A DNA stretch of 64,000 bases from Verrucomicrobiales bacterium (GCA_038139415.1 JAYOSV010000001.1:187225-251224), one strand, 5' to 3'; positions 1-10,027 are shown, numbered from the stretch's first letter. Translations and numbers: made by a program. The notes: generated by a model from the letters alone, not told the origin.

Positions 1-47
1 GGTGGATTTTGGATTTAAGCAACTGAACCTGCATTTTTTAATCGCCG

Positions 48-76
48 TTGACTTGGCGGGGGGCGGCCAATATAAA
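48..76 (+). promoter_or_regulatory. Putative sigma70 promoter for the first oxidoreductase
   Basis: TTGACT (48-53), 17-nt spacer, TATAAA (71-76), 50 nt upstream of ATG 127. Confidence 0.5.
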
Positions 77-126
77 GACCGCCCAACCGGTTTCAATGCA
101 ACTTTTCGTTTTTTTATTAAACCATC

Positions 127-1290
127 ATGAGTAGAAAAATTCGTTATGGAATGGTCGGCGGCGGTCGCGGCGCATTTATCGGCGCGGTGCATCGCATCGC
201 CGCTAACATTGACGGGCAGATCGAGCTGGTCTGCGGCGCCTTCTCCTCCAACCCGCGCAAATCCAAGGCTAGCGGCAAGGATTTCTTCCTGCCGGCCAAG
301 CGTTGCTACGGCACGTTTCAGGAGATGATCGAGAAGGAAAAGCAATTGCCTGAAGGCGAGCGCATGGATTTTGTGTCAATCGTGACGCCGAACCATATGC
401 ACTTTCCGCCAGCCAAGATGGCGTTGGAAAACGGGTTTCACGTGCTCAGCGACAAACCGGCTACTTTTGATCTCAAGGAATCTAAGACCCTTGAGAAATT
501 GGTGAAACAATCCAAATGCCTATACGGTCTCACACACAACTACACCGGTTATCCACTGGTGAAAGAGGCGCGTGATATGATTGCCGCCGGCAAGCTGGGC
601 AAGATTCGCAAAGTGGTTGTGGAGTATCCGCAGGGCTGGCTGGCCACGCGGCTGGAGGCCAGTGGTCAGAAGCAGGCCGACTGGCGCACGGATCCCAAGC
701 GCAGCGGCGCCGCCGGTTGCATTGGTGATATCGGTACGCATGCGGAGAATCTCGCCGAGTATATCACTGGACTGAAGATCAAGGAACTCGCCGCGGACCT
801 CACCACCTTCGTGAAAGGCCGCAAACTCGATGACGACGGCAATGTGCTGCTGCGTTTTACCAATGGCGCCAAGGGCGTGCTGCACAGCTCACAGATTTCT
901 GTAGGTGAAGAGAACAACCTGAACATTCGCGTCTACGGCGAAACCGGTGGCATCGAATGGCACCAGAACGAGCCCAACACCCTGCTCGTGAAATGGCTCG
1001 ATCAACCGATGCAGGTGTTCCGCACCGCCAACGGGTACCTCGGCGCCAACGCCGCGGCCGCCACGCGCACGCCGGCCTCGCACCCCGAAGGATACCTCGA
1101 GGCGTTTGCGAATATTTACGTGAACTTCGCCAACCACATTCGCGCCAAACAGGAGCGCCGCAAGCTTGCCAAGGACGATCCTGCGCTGGATTATCCGAAG
1201 ATTCAGGACGGCATCCGCGGCATGGCCTTCATCGAGGCGGTCGTGAAATCCTCCAAGAACAACGCCCGCTGGACCAAGCTGGCGAAATAA
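127..1290 (+). CDS. Gfo/Idh/MocA family NAD(P)-dependent oxidoreductase
   Basis: N-terminal [12 protein letters not shown]ossmann motif, [12 protein letters not shown] and GDIGTH motifs. Confidence 0.92.
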   Translation: MSRKIRYGMVGGGRGAFIGAVHRIAANIDGQIELVCGAFSSNPRKSKASGKDFFLPAKRCYGTFQEMIEKEKQLPEGERMDFVSIVTPNHMHFPPAKMALENGFHVLSDKPATFDLKESKTLEKLVKQSKCLYGLTHNYTGYPLVKEARDMIAAGKLGKIRKVVVEYPQGWLATRLEASGQKQADWRTDPKRSGAAGCIGDIGTHAENLAEYITGLKIKELAADLTTFVKGRKLDDDGNVLLRFTNGAKGVLHSSQISVGEENNLNIRVYGETGGIEWHQNEPNTLLVKWLDQPMQVFRTANGYLGANAAAATRTPASHPEGYLEAFANIYVNFANHIRAKQERRKLAKDDPALDYPKIQDGIRGMAFIEAVVKSSKNNARWTKLAK

Positions 1291-1312
1291 GGTTGCGCCC
1301 AGATTAACTCCG

Positions 1313-1342
1313 CGCGCGACCTGAAACGGTCGCGCGTTTTTT
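1313..1342 (+). terminator. Intrinsic terminator-like hairpin between the two oxidoreductases
   Basis: CGCGCGACC-tgaaac-GGTCGCGCG followed by T6, directly before ATG 1343. Confidence 0.6.
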
Positions 1343-2482
1343 ATGATGCCAAAGAAAACACTGAACATCGGCCTGATCGGATACCGATTCATGGGCAAGG
1401 CCCACAGCAATGCCTGGCGGCAGGCGCCGCGCTTTTTTGATCTCAAACGCGATGTGCGGTTGCACACCATTTGCGGGCGCAACACCGCCGAGGTGGAAAA
1501 GGCGCGCGCGCAATTTGGCTGGGATCATGCCGTCAACGATTGGAGGACGGTGGTGGCCGATCCGGAGATCGACGTGATCGACATCAACACGCCGAATGAT
1601 TCGCATGCCGAGATCGCCATCGCTGCGGCCAAGGCAGGTAAGCATGTGCTTTGCGAGAAACCGCTCGCGTTGGACGTGAAGGAGTGCCGCCAAATGTTGC
1701 AGGCCGTAAAGCGCGCCAAGGTCGTGCATATGATCTGCCACAACTACCGCCGCATCCCCGCCATCGCGCAGGCGAAGAAGATGATCGAGGAAGGCTCCAT
1801 CGGCGAGATTCGTCATTACTACGCCCGCTATGCGCAGGGCTGGCTCGTGGATCCCAAGATGCCGCGTTTATGGCGACTTCAAAAGCAACATGCCGGCAGC
1901 GGTGCTCACGGTGATATTCATGCGCACATCATCGATTTGGCACGCTTTCTTGTCGGGGAATTCGACGAGGTGTGCGGACAACTGCATACCTTCATCAAGC
2001 AACGTCCGTTGCCGGAGAACCCTAAGAAGATGGGGCGCGTGACCGTGGACGATGCCGCCCAATGCATCGGGCGTTTCAAAAACGGCGCCCTCGCCAACCT
2101 TGAGGCCACCCGCTATGCCACTGGCCGCAAAAACCGCATTCACCTCGAGATCAACGGCTCCAAAGGATCGTTGGAGTTCAATTTCGAGGACATGAACCGG
2201 CTACAGTTTTTCGATAATACAGCACCCGCCGATCGTCAGGGCTTTGCTGGTATTATCGTTACGCAGAAAGATGGCGTGCATCCGTACGTCGGCCAATGGT
2301 GGCCGCCTGGGCACATCATCGGTTACGAACATACCTTCGTGCACACCATCGCCGACTTCATTAACGCCATTGCTCAAGGTCGATCCGTGCAACCGACCTT
2401 TGAGGACGGCCTAAAAAATCAGCAAGTCCTCGAAGCCGTCGAGCAATCCGCCGAGAAACACCGCTGGGTGAAAGTGAAGTGA
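1343..2482 (+). CDS. Gfo/Idh/MocA oxidoreductase (levoglucosan/inositol dehydrogenase-like subgroup)
   Basis: GLIGYRFMGKAHS, CEKPLA, GSGAHGDIHAH and WWPPGHIIGYEHTF motifs. Confidence 0.92.
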   Translation: MMPKKTLNIGLIGYRFMGKAHSNAWRQAPRFFDLKRDVRLHTICGRNTAEVEKARAQFGWDHAVNDWRTVVADPEIDVIDINTPNDSHAEIAIAAAKAGKHVLCEKPLALDVKECRQMLQAVKRAKVVHMICHNYRRIPAIAQAKKMIEEGSIGEIRHYYARYAQGWLVDPKMPRLWRLQKQHAGSGAHGDIHAHIIDLARFLVGEFDEVCGQLHTFIKQRPLPENPKKMGRVTVDDAAQCIGRFKNGALANLEATRYATGRKNRIHLEINGSKGSLEFNFEDMNRLQFFDNTAPADRQGFAGIIVTQKDGVHPYVGQWWPPGHIIGYEHTFVHTIADFINAIAQGRSVQPTFEDGLKNQQVLEAVEQSAEKHRWVKVK

Positions 2483-2542
2483 GCTTCGAATAACTTCCCC
2501 TTTCCAATCGGGACCCATCTGCCACTGTGTGCCTAGGATTGT

Positions 2543-4012
2543 ATGAGCATTTCAGCTTCTTCAGACGACCGCGGGCAATGGGGTTCCAAACTCGGTTTCA
2601 TCATGGCGGCCGCCGGTTCGGCCGTGGGCTTGGGTAACATCTGGCGTTTTCCATACGTCACGGGGGAAAACGGTGGGGCGGCGTTTGTGCTGGTTTATCT
2701 GGTTTGTGTGTTCCTCATCGGCGTGCCATTGCTGTATGTAGAATTGGCGCTGGGGCGGGCGAGTGGACGCAATCCGGTAGGGGCATTCCAAAAAACTAAA
2801 CCCGGTACGCCGTTTATGTTTACTGGGATCTTGTGCTTGTTGGCCTGTTTTTTTGTGCTGACCTATTATGGTGTAATTGCCGGCTGGACGATCAGCTTTG
2901 CTTGGAGTCAAGTAACACAGACTCCATTGATGTTCACTGAATACATTGCAAAGCCAATGGCGGTATTGCCGGTTTTCGCAGGGTTTATCGCGTTAACCAT
3001 TTGGATTGTTAGTGCCGGTGTGGAAAAGGGCATTGAAAAATGGTCAAAGATTCTCATGCCAATTTTATTTGTCATGATGTTGGTGATTATTGGCCGCAGC
3101 CTGAGTTTGGAGGGGGCGGGCAAGGGCATCAGTTATTATCTCAATCCGGACTTCAGCAAAATCGATGGAAAGGTTGTGTTGATGGCCCTGGGGCAGGCGT
3201 TCTTTTCGTTGAGCGTGGGGTGGGGACTGATGATTACCTACGGCTCTTATATGCCTAAGAGCCAGAACATCGTGACCAATGGCTTATGGGTGGCCTCTGC
3301 GGATACGCTGGTGGCGATTCTGGCGGGCTTCATGGTGTTTCCGGCAGTATTTGCCTTTGGAATGGATCCGGGCGCTGGACCGGGTTTGACGTTCGTGACG
3401 TTGCCTAAAGTTTTCGCTCAAATGCCCGCAGGCTGGGTGTTCGGTTCGATTTTCTTCTGCCTATTATCCGTGGCGGCTGTGACCTCTTCGATCTCCATGC
3501 TGGAAGTGCCGGTTTCTTATTTTGTAGACGATAAACAGTCGGCACGCAAAAAGGCAGCTATCATCGTGGGAATCTTTGCGTTCCTGATTGGCATCCCCTC
3601 AGCCATGGCCAATGGTGGAAGCGAGTTTTTCAGTAATGTAGAGTTATTGGGAAAGAAGGGATTTCTCGATATCATGGATCAGGTGTTTGGTACGTTATGC
3701 CTCATCGTAATTTCATTGTCCCTTAGCATCTACGTTGGTTGGATTTGGAAAACAGAACCGGCAGTGGAGGAAATATCCGAGGGGTGTCCGTGGTTTAAGC
3801 AACCCCTTCTTGCGGGTTGTTCCCCAGCTCAAGTGTGGGCGTTTTTCGTGAAATACATTTGCCCGGTTGTGATCAGTCTCGTGCTGGTGAACGCCCTCGG
3901 GTTGTTCGATCAGGAAAAGGCTGCGCCAACGCCTGACCCGGAGCCCGAAATTAAACAGGCGGCACCTACGCAAACGTCTCCTGAAGATAACGCAAGCTCT
4001 CCGACGCAATAG
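2543..4012 (+). CDS. Sodium-dependent transporter, NSS (LeuT-like) family
   Basis: GSAVGLGNIWRFPY and GQAFFSLSVG signatures, about 11 hydrophobic segments. Confidence 0.93.
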   Translation: MSISASSDDRGQWGSKLGFIMAAAGSAVGLGNIWRFPYVTGENGGAAFVLVYLVCVFLIGVPLLYVELALGRASGRNPVGAFQKTKPGTPFMFTGILCLLACFFVLTYYGVIAGWTISFAWSQVTQTPLMFTEYIAKPMAVLPVFAGFIALTIWIVSAGVEKGIEKWSKILMPILFVMMLVIIGRSLSLEGAGKGISYYLNPDFSKIDGKVVLMALGQAFFSLSVGWGLMITYGSYMPKSQNIVTNGLWVASADTLVAILAGFMVFPAVFAFGMDPGAGPGLTFVTLPKVFAQMPAGWVFGSIFFCLLSVAAVTSSISMLEVPVSYFVDDKQSARKKAAIIVGIFAFLIGIPSAMANGGSEFFSNVELLGKKGFLDIMDQVFGTLCLIVISLSLSIYVGWIWKTEPAVEEISEGCPWFKQPLLAGCSPAQVWAFFVKYICPVVISLVLVNALGLFDQEKAAPTPDPEPEIKQAAPTQTSPEDNASSPTQ

Positions 4013-4778
4013 CCTCCGGCCCTTCGTCGAATTTGAATACTTCTACAGACACGACGCCGTCGTAGTTTACTTCCTTGAGTGCGGCACCGATGGGCTTGAA
4101 ATCTACGTCTCCAAAGCCGGGGCCCTTGAGGTTTTCGTCGTTGGCGTGGAAGTAACCGAATTCACCGGCACTCTCGCGGATGATCTCAGGGATCGGCTTA
4201 CCCATGGAGCACATGGCTTTCACATCAAGGATCACCTTGAAGTTGGGGCTCTCAAGTTGCTGCACAAACTGGATCGCCTCGGTGTGGGTGTTCACGAAAT
4301 TAGTTTCGCTCGGAGCCAGCGGTTCGAAGTTGATCACCACATCGCGCTCGGCGGCATGCTTGACGCTGTCTTTGAACACGTCGGTGGCCCATTCCCACGC
4401 TTGCTCGTAGCTCACGCCTTCCATCAAGTTGCGCTGATATGGCGAGCCGACGATGATGGAGCGACCGCCGAAATCGGCACAGCAATCCACAAGGTCCACG
4501 AAGTAGCGCGCGGTCTTTTCGCGGATACTCGCGTCGGTATGAGTCATGTGCATGCCTTCGGCCTTCACGAGCACCCAGTGGATGCCGGAAATCTCGATGC
4601 CGGTTTTGGTCGCCAAATCTTTCACGCGCTGGCGTTCGGTGGCGGAGATGTCGGTGACGTAATTGGAAATCGTGAAGGGCGCAATCTCCAGGCAGTCGTA
4701 GCCGGTTTTCGCTGCGTAGGTCATAGTATCTTCCATTGACCAGCCTTCAAAAATCTCGTTGCAAATACCGAATTTCAT
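3966..4778 (-). CDS. Sugar phosphate isomerase/epimerase (xylose-isomerase-like TIM barrel; D-psicose/tagatose 3-epimerase-like)
   Basis: EPLAPSETNF, LDVKAM, FHAND..PGFG and SVEVF metal-ligand pattern; start set at MKFGICNE (ATG 4778). Confidence 0.88.
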   Translation of the reverse strand: MKFGICNEIFEGWSMEDTMTYAAKTGYDCLEIAPFTISNYVTDISATERQRVKDLATKTGIEISGIHWVLVKAEGMHMTHTDASIREKTARYFVDLVDCCADFGGRSIIVGSPYQRNLMEGVSYEQAWEWATDVFKDSVKHAAERDVVINFEPLAPSETNFVNTHTEAIQFVQQLESPNFKVILDVKAMCSMGKPIPEIIRESAGEFGYFHANDENLKGPGFGDVDFKPIGAALKEVNYDGVVSVEVFKFDEGPEAIASESLRYLQETFA

Positions 4779-4824
4779 TGGCCGAATGAGGCCGTTTGGC
4801 GGATGCTTTGTCGAGGAATTAGTC

Positions 4825-5043
4825 ATGAACGGCATGCGACTCTTTCAAACCTGCCCAGTAGACAACGCTGAATTGCTCGCTGTGATGCTGGGGAATCACG
4901 GCATCGAGGCAGTGGAGAAAATGATTGAGCCGATGCCCGAGGGCGAAGACGAATTCAGCCGCCCCGTGGAAGTGTATGTGCCGGAAGGCGAATACGATCG
5001 CGCCTATCAGCTATTCTTTGGGGATAGCGAGAATGAGATTTGA
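4825..5043 (+). CDS. Small hypothetical protein, DUF2007-like putative signal-transducing domain (72 aa)
   Basis: GAGGA 7 nt before ATG 4825; AELL..ML..HGI...VEVYVPE.EYDRA pattern; fills the gap between two real genes. Confidence 0.65.
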   Translation: MNGMRLFQTCPVDNAELLAVMLGNHGIEAVEKMIEPMPEGEDEFSRPVEVYVPEGEYDRAYQLFFGDSENEI

Positions 5044-5103
5044 GTCCCCGCCCGGTCGGTTTTCAGAACAAGCGCCTTGGCGTGCTTGGAGAGCACGCCC
5101 TAC

Positions 5104-6768
5104 CTAGCCCAGCAACTCCTCCGCATGCTTACGGGCGGCGCCGACTTTGCCGCCGAGCATGCGGGCTATTTCATCTACTCGATCGGAGTCAGTCAATCGT
5201 TGGATGTTGGATTCGGTACGGCCGTCGATGACGGCTTTGCTGACGACGTAATGCGTCTGTGCCGCGGCCGCAACCGGTGCTAGGTGGGTGATGCAGAGGA
5301 CCTGACGTTGATCGGAAATCTGCCGCATGCGATCGCCGACGGCATGGGCGGTTTCGCCGCCGACATTGGCGTCGACTTCGTCGAAGATCAAAACGGGAAT
5401 GGAATCTTCGGCGGCGAGCACAGTCTTTAGCGCCAGCATCACGCGGGCGAGTTCGCCGGAGGAGGCAATGGCGCGCAACGGCCGGGCGGGTTCGCCGGGG
5501 TTGGGCGCGAATTGAAACTCCACGGTGTCCAGCCCGGAGGCCTTGGCCTCGTCGGGGCGATCGGTGGAATTGAGCGCGACATCGAGCTGGCTTTGGGCAA
5601 AGCCGAGGTCGTTGAGATGCGCGGTAACGACCTTGGTCAGCTTGGGGATGAGTTTCTGCCGTTGGGCGGAAAGTTTTTGGCCGCTTTGGATGAGGTTGGT
5701 CTCAAGTGAATTCAACTCGGCATTCAGCCGCGCCAATTCCTCATCGCGGCTCTCGAGTGTGGCAAGCTTCTGCGCGGCTTCTTCGCCGAAGGAATTTACC
5801 GCCTCGATGCTGCCGCCGTACTTGCGCTTGAGCGATTGCGCGAGGTTGACGCGTTCCTCTAGCGAGGCGAGTTGGGCGGGATCAATGTCCACGCGATCGG
5901 CATAAACGGTCAGGGCGCTTTGAAGTTCCTGTAAATTGGCGCGGGCTTCCTCGTGCAATTCGACCAGTCCGGCGGCGCTGTCATCGACCTGCTGCAGATC
6001 GCTCAGCACCCGGCCGAGATCACCGGAGCGGTCGAGTAGGGATTCTTCGTTTTCACTGACCAACTGTAAGGCACCTTGGCATAACTCCAGCAAACGTGCG
6101 GCGTTACTGGAGCGTTGGTAATCGGCTTCGAGATTTTCCTCTTCGCCGGGGTCCAACGCGGCACCGGTGATTTCCTTGACCTGAAACCGCAGCAGATCGA
6201 GCTGTTGCGCGTAGGTGGCCTCATCGACCACGAGATCGGCCTTGGTCTGCTCAATCTCAGTGCGGCGCTGGAGCAGGGTGGTGAATGCGGCGCGCGGTTG
6301 CTGCAGTCCGCCAAAGGCATCGAGAATGGCAAGCTGTCGTGCGGGATGTAGTAGCGACTGATGATCGTGCGGTCCGTGCATGTCTACCAGCCATTCGCCA
6401 ATCCGCTTGAGCACAGCCAGAGTGGTGGCGCTGCCATTGACGAACTGGCGATTGCTGCCGGCGGTCGAGAACGTGCGTTTGAGGAGCAATTGGTTTTCCT
6501 CGCAGGATTCCAAACCGTGCTCTTCCAGAAACCCGGGCAGCGGCGCATCGAGTTGGGCGATATCGAAGGTGGCTTCGACGGTGCATTGATCAGCCTCGGC
6601 GCGTATGAGCGTACGATCGGCGCGTTCGCCTAGCACAAGATTGAGAGCACCGATGAGGATCGACTTGCCCGCACCCGTCTCGCCACTGATGGCATTGTAG
6701 CCGGTCCCGAGCTCCAGTGTGAGATCGGTGACCAAGGCAAGGTTGCGTATGCGTAGCGATTCCAGCAT
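5104..6768 (-). CDS. recN: DNA repair protein RecN
   Basis: SGETGAGKS Walker A, MHGPHDHQ, ASSGELARVMLA and LIFDEVDANVGG motifs; start MLESLRIRN. Confidence 0.96.
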   Translation of the reverse strand: MLESLRIRNLALVTDLTLELGTGYNAISGETGAGKSILIGALNLVLGERADRTLIRAEADQCTVEATFDIAQLDAPLPGFLEEHGLESCEENQLLLKRTFSTAGSNRQFVNGSATTLAVLKRIGEWLVDMHGPHDHQSLLHPARQLAILDAFGGLQQPRAAFTTLLQRRTEIEQTKADLVVDEATYAQQLDLLRFQVKEITGAALDPGEEENLEADYQRSSNAARLLELCQGALQLVSENEESLLDRSGDLGRVLSDLQQVDDSAAGLVELHEEARANLQELQSALTVYADRVDIDPAQLASLEERVNLAQSLKRKYGGSIEAVNSFGEEAAQKLATLESRDEELARLNAELNSLETNLIQSGQKLSAQRQKLIPKLTKVVTAHLNDLGFAQSQLDVALNSTDRPDEAKASGLDTVEFQFAPNPGEPARPLRAIASSGELARVMLALKTVLAAEDSIPVLIFDEVDANVGGETAHAVGDRMRQISDQRQVLCITHLAPVAAAAQTHYVVSKAVIDGRTESNIQRLTDSDRVDEIARMLGGKVGAARKHAEELLG

Positions 6769-6848
6769 GCACGGGCATTGTGCGCGAACGGGCGTGCTAG
6801 AAAATAAAATTGTGTTCACCACCGCCAATAGGCAAGCCTGCGTGCCGT

Positions 6849-7637
6849 ATGGCGTTTGAGTTCACATTCCTAGGCACGGGCACATCCCAGGGGGTGCCAA
6901 TTATCGGTCACGATTATCCGGACGCATTTCTCGCCAACCCGAAGAACCACCGGACACGGTCGTCGATCTATGTTGTTACCGATGAAGTGAAACTGGTAGT
7001 GGACACGACACCGGATTTTCGCACCCAATGTTTACGGGAAAACATCCGTGAATTGGATGCTGTTTTGGTAACGCACGCTCATACCGACCACATTATGGGT
7101 ATGGACGATTGCCGGCGGTTTTGTGACATCCAGAAACGCCCTCTTCCAGTCTATGCGACGGAGCTGACCATGAGCCATCTGCGCCGCGTGCACGCACATG
7201 CGTTTCATGATGGGAACCATCCGCGCGGGTATTTTGTGCCGGAAGAACACGTGATCAAAGGCAGCTTTGAGATTGGGGATTTGAAGGTCACGCCTCTGGC
7301 ATTGCCGCATGGGAGCATGGGGTCCACGGGCTATTTGTTCGAACAGGGTGGGGAGAAGAAACTGGCTTACCTCACCGACGCCAAGGCCGTACCGAAGGAA
7401 GTGGTGCAGGTAGTAAAGGGCGTGGAGGTTGCCGTGCTCGATGCCTTGCGACCGGAGGAACATTGGACCCACATGAGCACGAGTGAGGCGCTATCGGCCG
7501 CTGAACAGATTGGCCCGGGGGAAACGGTTTTTACGCACCTGACTCACTACTATGACCACGATATCGATCAGGCTAAGCTGCCGGAAGGCGTGCGGTTGGC
7601 GTGGGATGGGTTGAGGGTGATTTCCAGCTCTCAATGA
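6849..7637 (+). CDS. Metallo-beta-lactamase-fold hydrolase (PhnP-like phosphodiesterase)
   Basis: [18 protein letters not shown] metal motif, AYLTD and THLTH. Confidence 0.88.
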   Translation: MAFEFTFLGTGTSQGVPIIGHDYPDAFLANPKNHRTRSSIYVVTDEVKLVVDTTPDFRTQCLRENIRELDAVLVTHAHTDHIMGMDDCRRFCDIQKRPLPVYATELTMSHLRRVHAHAFHDGNHPRGYFVPEEHVIKGSFEIGDLKVTPLALPHGSMGSTGYLFEQGGEKKLAYLTDAKAVPKEVVQVVKGVEVAVLDALRPEEHWTHMSTSEALSAAEQIGPGETVFTHLTHYYDHDIDQAKLPEGVRLAWDGLRVISSSQ

Positions 7638-7692
7638 CCAAGTCCCAATGACTCATTGGGACTTGGTCGGTGGGTTGTGGGAATTAGTCATT
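7632..7692. repeat. Heptamer-periodic palindromic element
   Basis: Perfect 15-bp stem GACCAAGTCCCAATG-act-CATTGGGACTTGGTC (7636-7668) built from 7-nt units. Confidence 0.7.
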
Positions 7693-7719
7693 AAAAAACG
7701 ACCGCCGGTGGCGGTCGTT
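7693..7719 (-). terminator. Intrinsic terminator of the 7745-8797 gene
   Basis: AACGACCGCC-ggt-GGCGGTCGTT stem, with A6 on the left giving a U-tract on the minus strand. Confidence 0.7.
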
Positions 7720-7744
7720 CTGGTAAGACTTTATCGGCCGTTTT

Positions 7745-8797
7745 TCAGGCTCCCATTTCGTCCTCGAAGGAGCCTTCGGAAACGGGGAAGCAAAGCTGGT
7801 CGCGGACGTATTGGATGCCTTCGATGGCGGTGGCGTCTGGATCGCGGTAGTTGCTTTCAGTCTCAGCGATAAGCGGGGCGGTTTTGGTGCCCATAATCTT
7901 ATTGTAACGGGCGGGGTAGCCGATGTTGATGAGCATTTCAACGTAGCGCACCATGTTGAGATCGCCGCTGCCGAGATCGGTGAACTGCATGGCCCGGTTA
8001 CGCCAGTTGCCGTCCATGCGGCGTAAGGGCACATTCGGGCGAACAACGAAATTCTTCACGTGGCAGGCGTACACGCGATCTTTCACGGCCGCGTGAGTGA
8101 AACGCGTTTCCCAATCTTCGCCTTCCCAGCAATGGGAGGGATCAGCGTTGACGGTGAGGGTTTTATCGCCGTCACAAATTTTCACCAGATGGCCAAACTC
8201 CTCCGCGCACATGGCGGCGGTGCCGGGGTGGATCTCGTGGGCGAGATAAATGCCTAGGCTGTTGGCGTGAGCGCGAATCTTGGCGGTCTTGTGCACGAAT
8301 CGATCATCGCCTTCCTTGTTGAGGTCGCCGCCGTCCGGGGAGGTCCAGAATCCCCACGGATAACCCGTAGCCAATTCCCAGCCGTGGGAAACGCCCCAGA
8401 ACATCGGTAGAATCTTTATGTCCAACTCGACGCAGAGATCCATCATACGGAGCAGGTAATCCTCGTACCATTGCTCCAGCTCTTCCGGGCTTTTATCCTG
8501 ATTTTGCCCGTGGATAAATGCATGGCCACTCTTGGTGCCGGTCCAGGCGCTGGTGTGCACCCAGAACGCGCAGTGGCCGCTGACGCCGTCGAGCTTGAGG
8601 CCGTTTTTCTCAAACGCGTCTTTAATCTCGGAGGCGCTGCGAAATTTCGAGCCATCGGAGCCGTCCTCCTCCAACATATAATTACTCGGCTGCGCGCCCG
8701 CGGCACCGGCTTCTTTGGCGAACTTTAGAAAGCCATCGAGTCCCTTGCCGCCGTGCTGGGCGCCTTCAATACTGCTGTGGTAGATAGGTTTAGCCAT
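7745..8797 (-). CDS. Sugar phosphate isomerase/epimerase-family TIM-barrel protein (IolE/AP-endonuclease-2-like)
   Basis: HEIHPG, NADPSH, CHVKN and AETE metal-ligand pattern. Confidence 0.82.
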   Translation of the reverse strand: MAKPIYHSSIEGAQHGGKGLDGFLKFAKEAGAAGAQPSNYMLEEDGSDGSKFRSASEIKDAFEKNGLKLDGVSGHCAFWVHTSAWTGTKSGHAFIHGQNQDKSPEELEQWYEDYLLRMMDLCVELDIKILPMFWGVSHGWELATGYPWGFWTSPDGGDLNKEGDDRFVHKTAKIRAHANSLGIYLAHEIHPGTAAMCAEEFGHLVKICDGDKTLTVNADPSHCWEGEDWETRFTHAAVKDRVYACHVKNFVVRPNVPLRRMDGNWRNRAMQFTDLGSGDLNMVRYVEMLINIGYPARYNKIMGTKTAPLIAETESNYRDPDATAIEGIQYVRDQLCFPVSEGSFEDEMGA

Positions 8798-8824
8798 AAT
8801 ATCTAAAGGGGTTTGGGTGGCGGG

Positions 8825-8853
8825 AAAATAGCGGGGAACGCCGTGAATGGCAA
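8825..8853 (-). promoter_or_regulatory. Putative sigma70 promoter
   Basis: Minus strand TTGCCA-17 nt-TATTTT upstream of ATG 8797. Confidence 0.5.
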
Positions 8854-8889
8854 CCCGTTTTGGTGAAAATGGTGGAGGAAAAAGCGCGA

Positions 8890-9918
8890 TTAGCGCTGTT
8901 TTTTCCGGGCTTTGAGCAATTCTTTTTCGGCTTCGGCGGCCTTAATTTTGATCCAAGAATGCCAGCCTTTTTCTAGTAACGCCGTACCGCCTTGCCAATT
9001 TCGGTTGATGGCCTGCTCGAAGGCGGCTTCCAATCGGCCATTGCCACGTCCGCGGGCGCTGAGCACGGCGCGATCGTTGACCACGGCTCCAAGAAACTTC
9101 ATCGCCTGCGGATGAGTTTTCATGAAGAAATCAAAGACGGACCATCCGATATCGTAGCCCATGCCGATGTTGCTATCAAACATCTGATCCCAATGCTCAT
9201 ACTCATGGGAGAGTAGATAGGCTTTGAGGTTAGGCAGATCGCCGTTTAGGCGCATACGGTTTAGGCGTACCCAGCGGGCGTGTTGATCATTGCGCAGTCC
9301 ATCGGCCTTTTGCAGCCATGCGGGGGCTTCGCCCAGCCAGTCGGCACTGCCCTCAACCATCCAGAAGGGCAGTTCGCCAAACATATCGTCCATGATGGCG
9401 TGGCATCCTTCGTGGAGCAGGGTGGGCACCAAACGCCAACTCATGATGGGTTTCTGCCTCCAAGTGACTATCTCCTTTGTGGCGGGGCTGAAAAAGCCAA
9501 GTAGATTGGGGCTGATTTCCTTGCGGTATTTTTTCAGCGAATACTCTTCGTAATCCTCGTACTTACCGAAGATTCGGAAACGCACCCGGAAGTCGCGGTC
9601 TACATTGCGTTGGAAAACGGTTTGATGCGAGCGCACGAGATTGGCCAAGCCGAAGTTCACAGTGTAGATCATGGCCGGGGTCAGCTCGTAATCATGCACG
9701 GCAAATTCCGCGTAGCCCAAGGCAAAATCGGGCGCGCGCTTGGGGTCCCATCGCTGGGTTTTCGAGAAGACATAACCCTGAGTGCGCCCGCCAAAAATGC
9801 TGGTTTGAAAATCCTCGCCGCGAAGCATGGCACGGGTAATGTCGAGGGCCGAACTGGATACAGGCAGCAACCACCCGGCCACTAGAATCAGCCAGAGGAT
9901 GTTTTTCAGAGAGATCAT
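8890..9918 (-). CDS. Secreted putative zinc metallopeptidase (gluzincin/DUF1570-like)
   Basis: Signal peptide MISLKNILWLILVAGWLLPVSSSA; HEGCH followed by WMVEGSADW. Confidence 0.65.
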   Translation of the reverse strand: MISLKNILWLILVAGWLLPVSSSALDITRAMLRGEDFQTSIFGGRTQGYVFSKTQRWDPKRAPDFALGYAEFAVHDYELTPAMIYTVNFGLANLVRSHQTVFQRNVDRDFRVRFRIFGKYEDYEEYSLKKYRKEISPNLLGFFSPATKEIVTWRQKPIMSWRLVPTLLHEGCHAIMDDMFGELPFWMVEGSADWLGEAPAWLQKADGLRNDQHARWVRLNRMRLNGDLPNLKAYLLSHEYEHWDQMFDSNIGMGYDIGWSVFDFFMKTHPQAMKFLGAVVNDRAVLSARGRGNGRLEAAFEQAINRNWQGGTALLEKGWHSWIKIKAAEAEKELLKARKKQR

Positions 9919-9990
9919 GAGTCGCCTTGCGCGATAAAACAACCTGCACCCAATTGACCCGCCTGTAAAGGCCTGATCATTCTCAAACGA

Positions 9991-10019
9991 TTGTCACCGA
10001 GGCATTAGATGGGCACACT
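9991..10019 (+). promoter_or_regulatory. Putative promoter of tatD (near-leaderless)
   Basis: TTGTCA-17 nt-CACACT, then 8 nt to ATG 10028; no SD. Confidence 0.45.
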
Positions 10020-10027
10020 GCGGCGGG

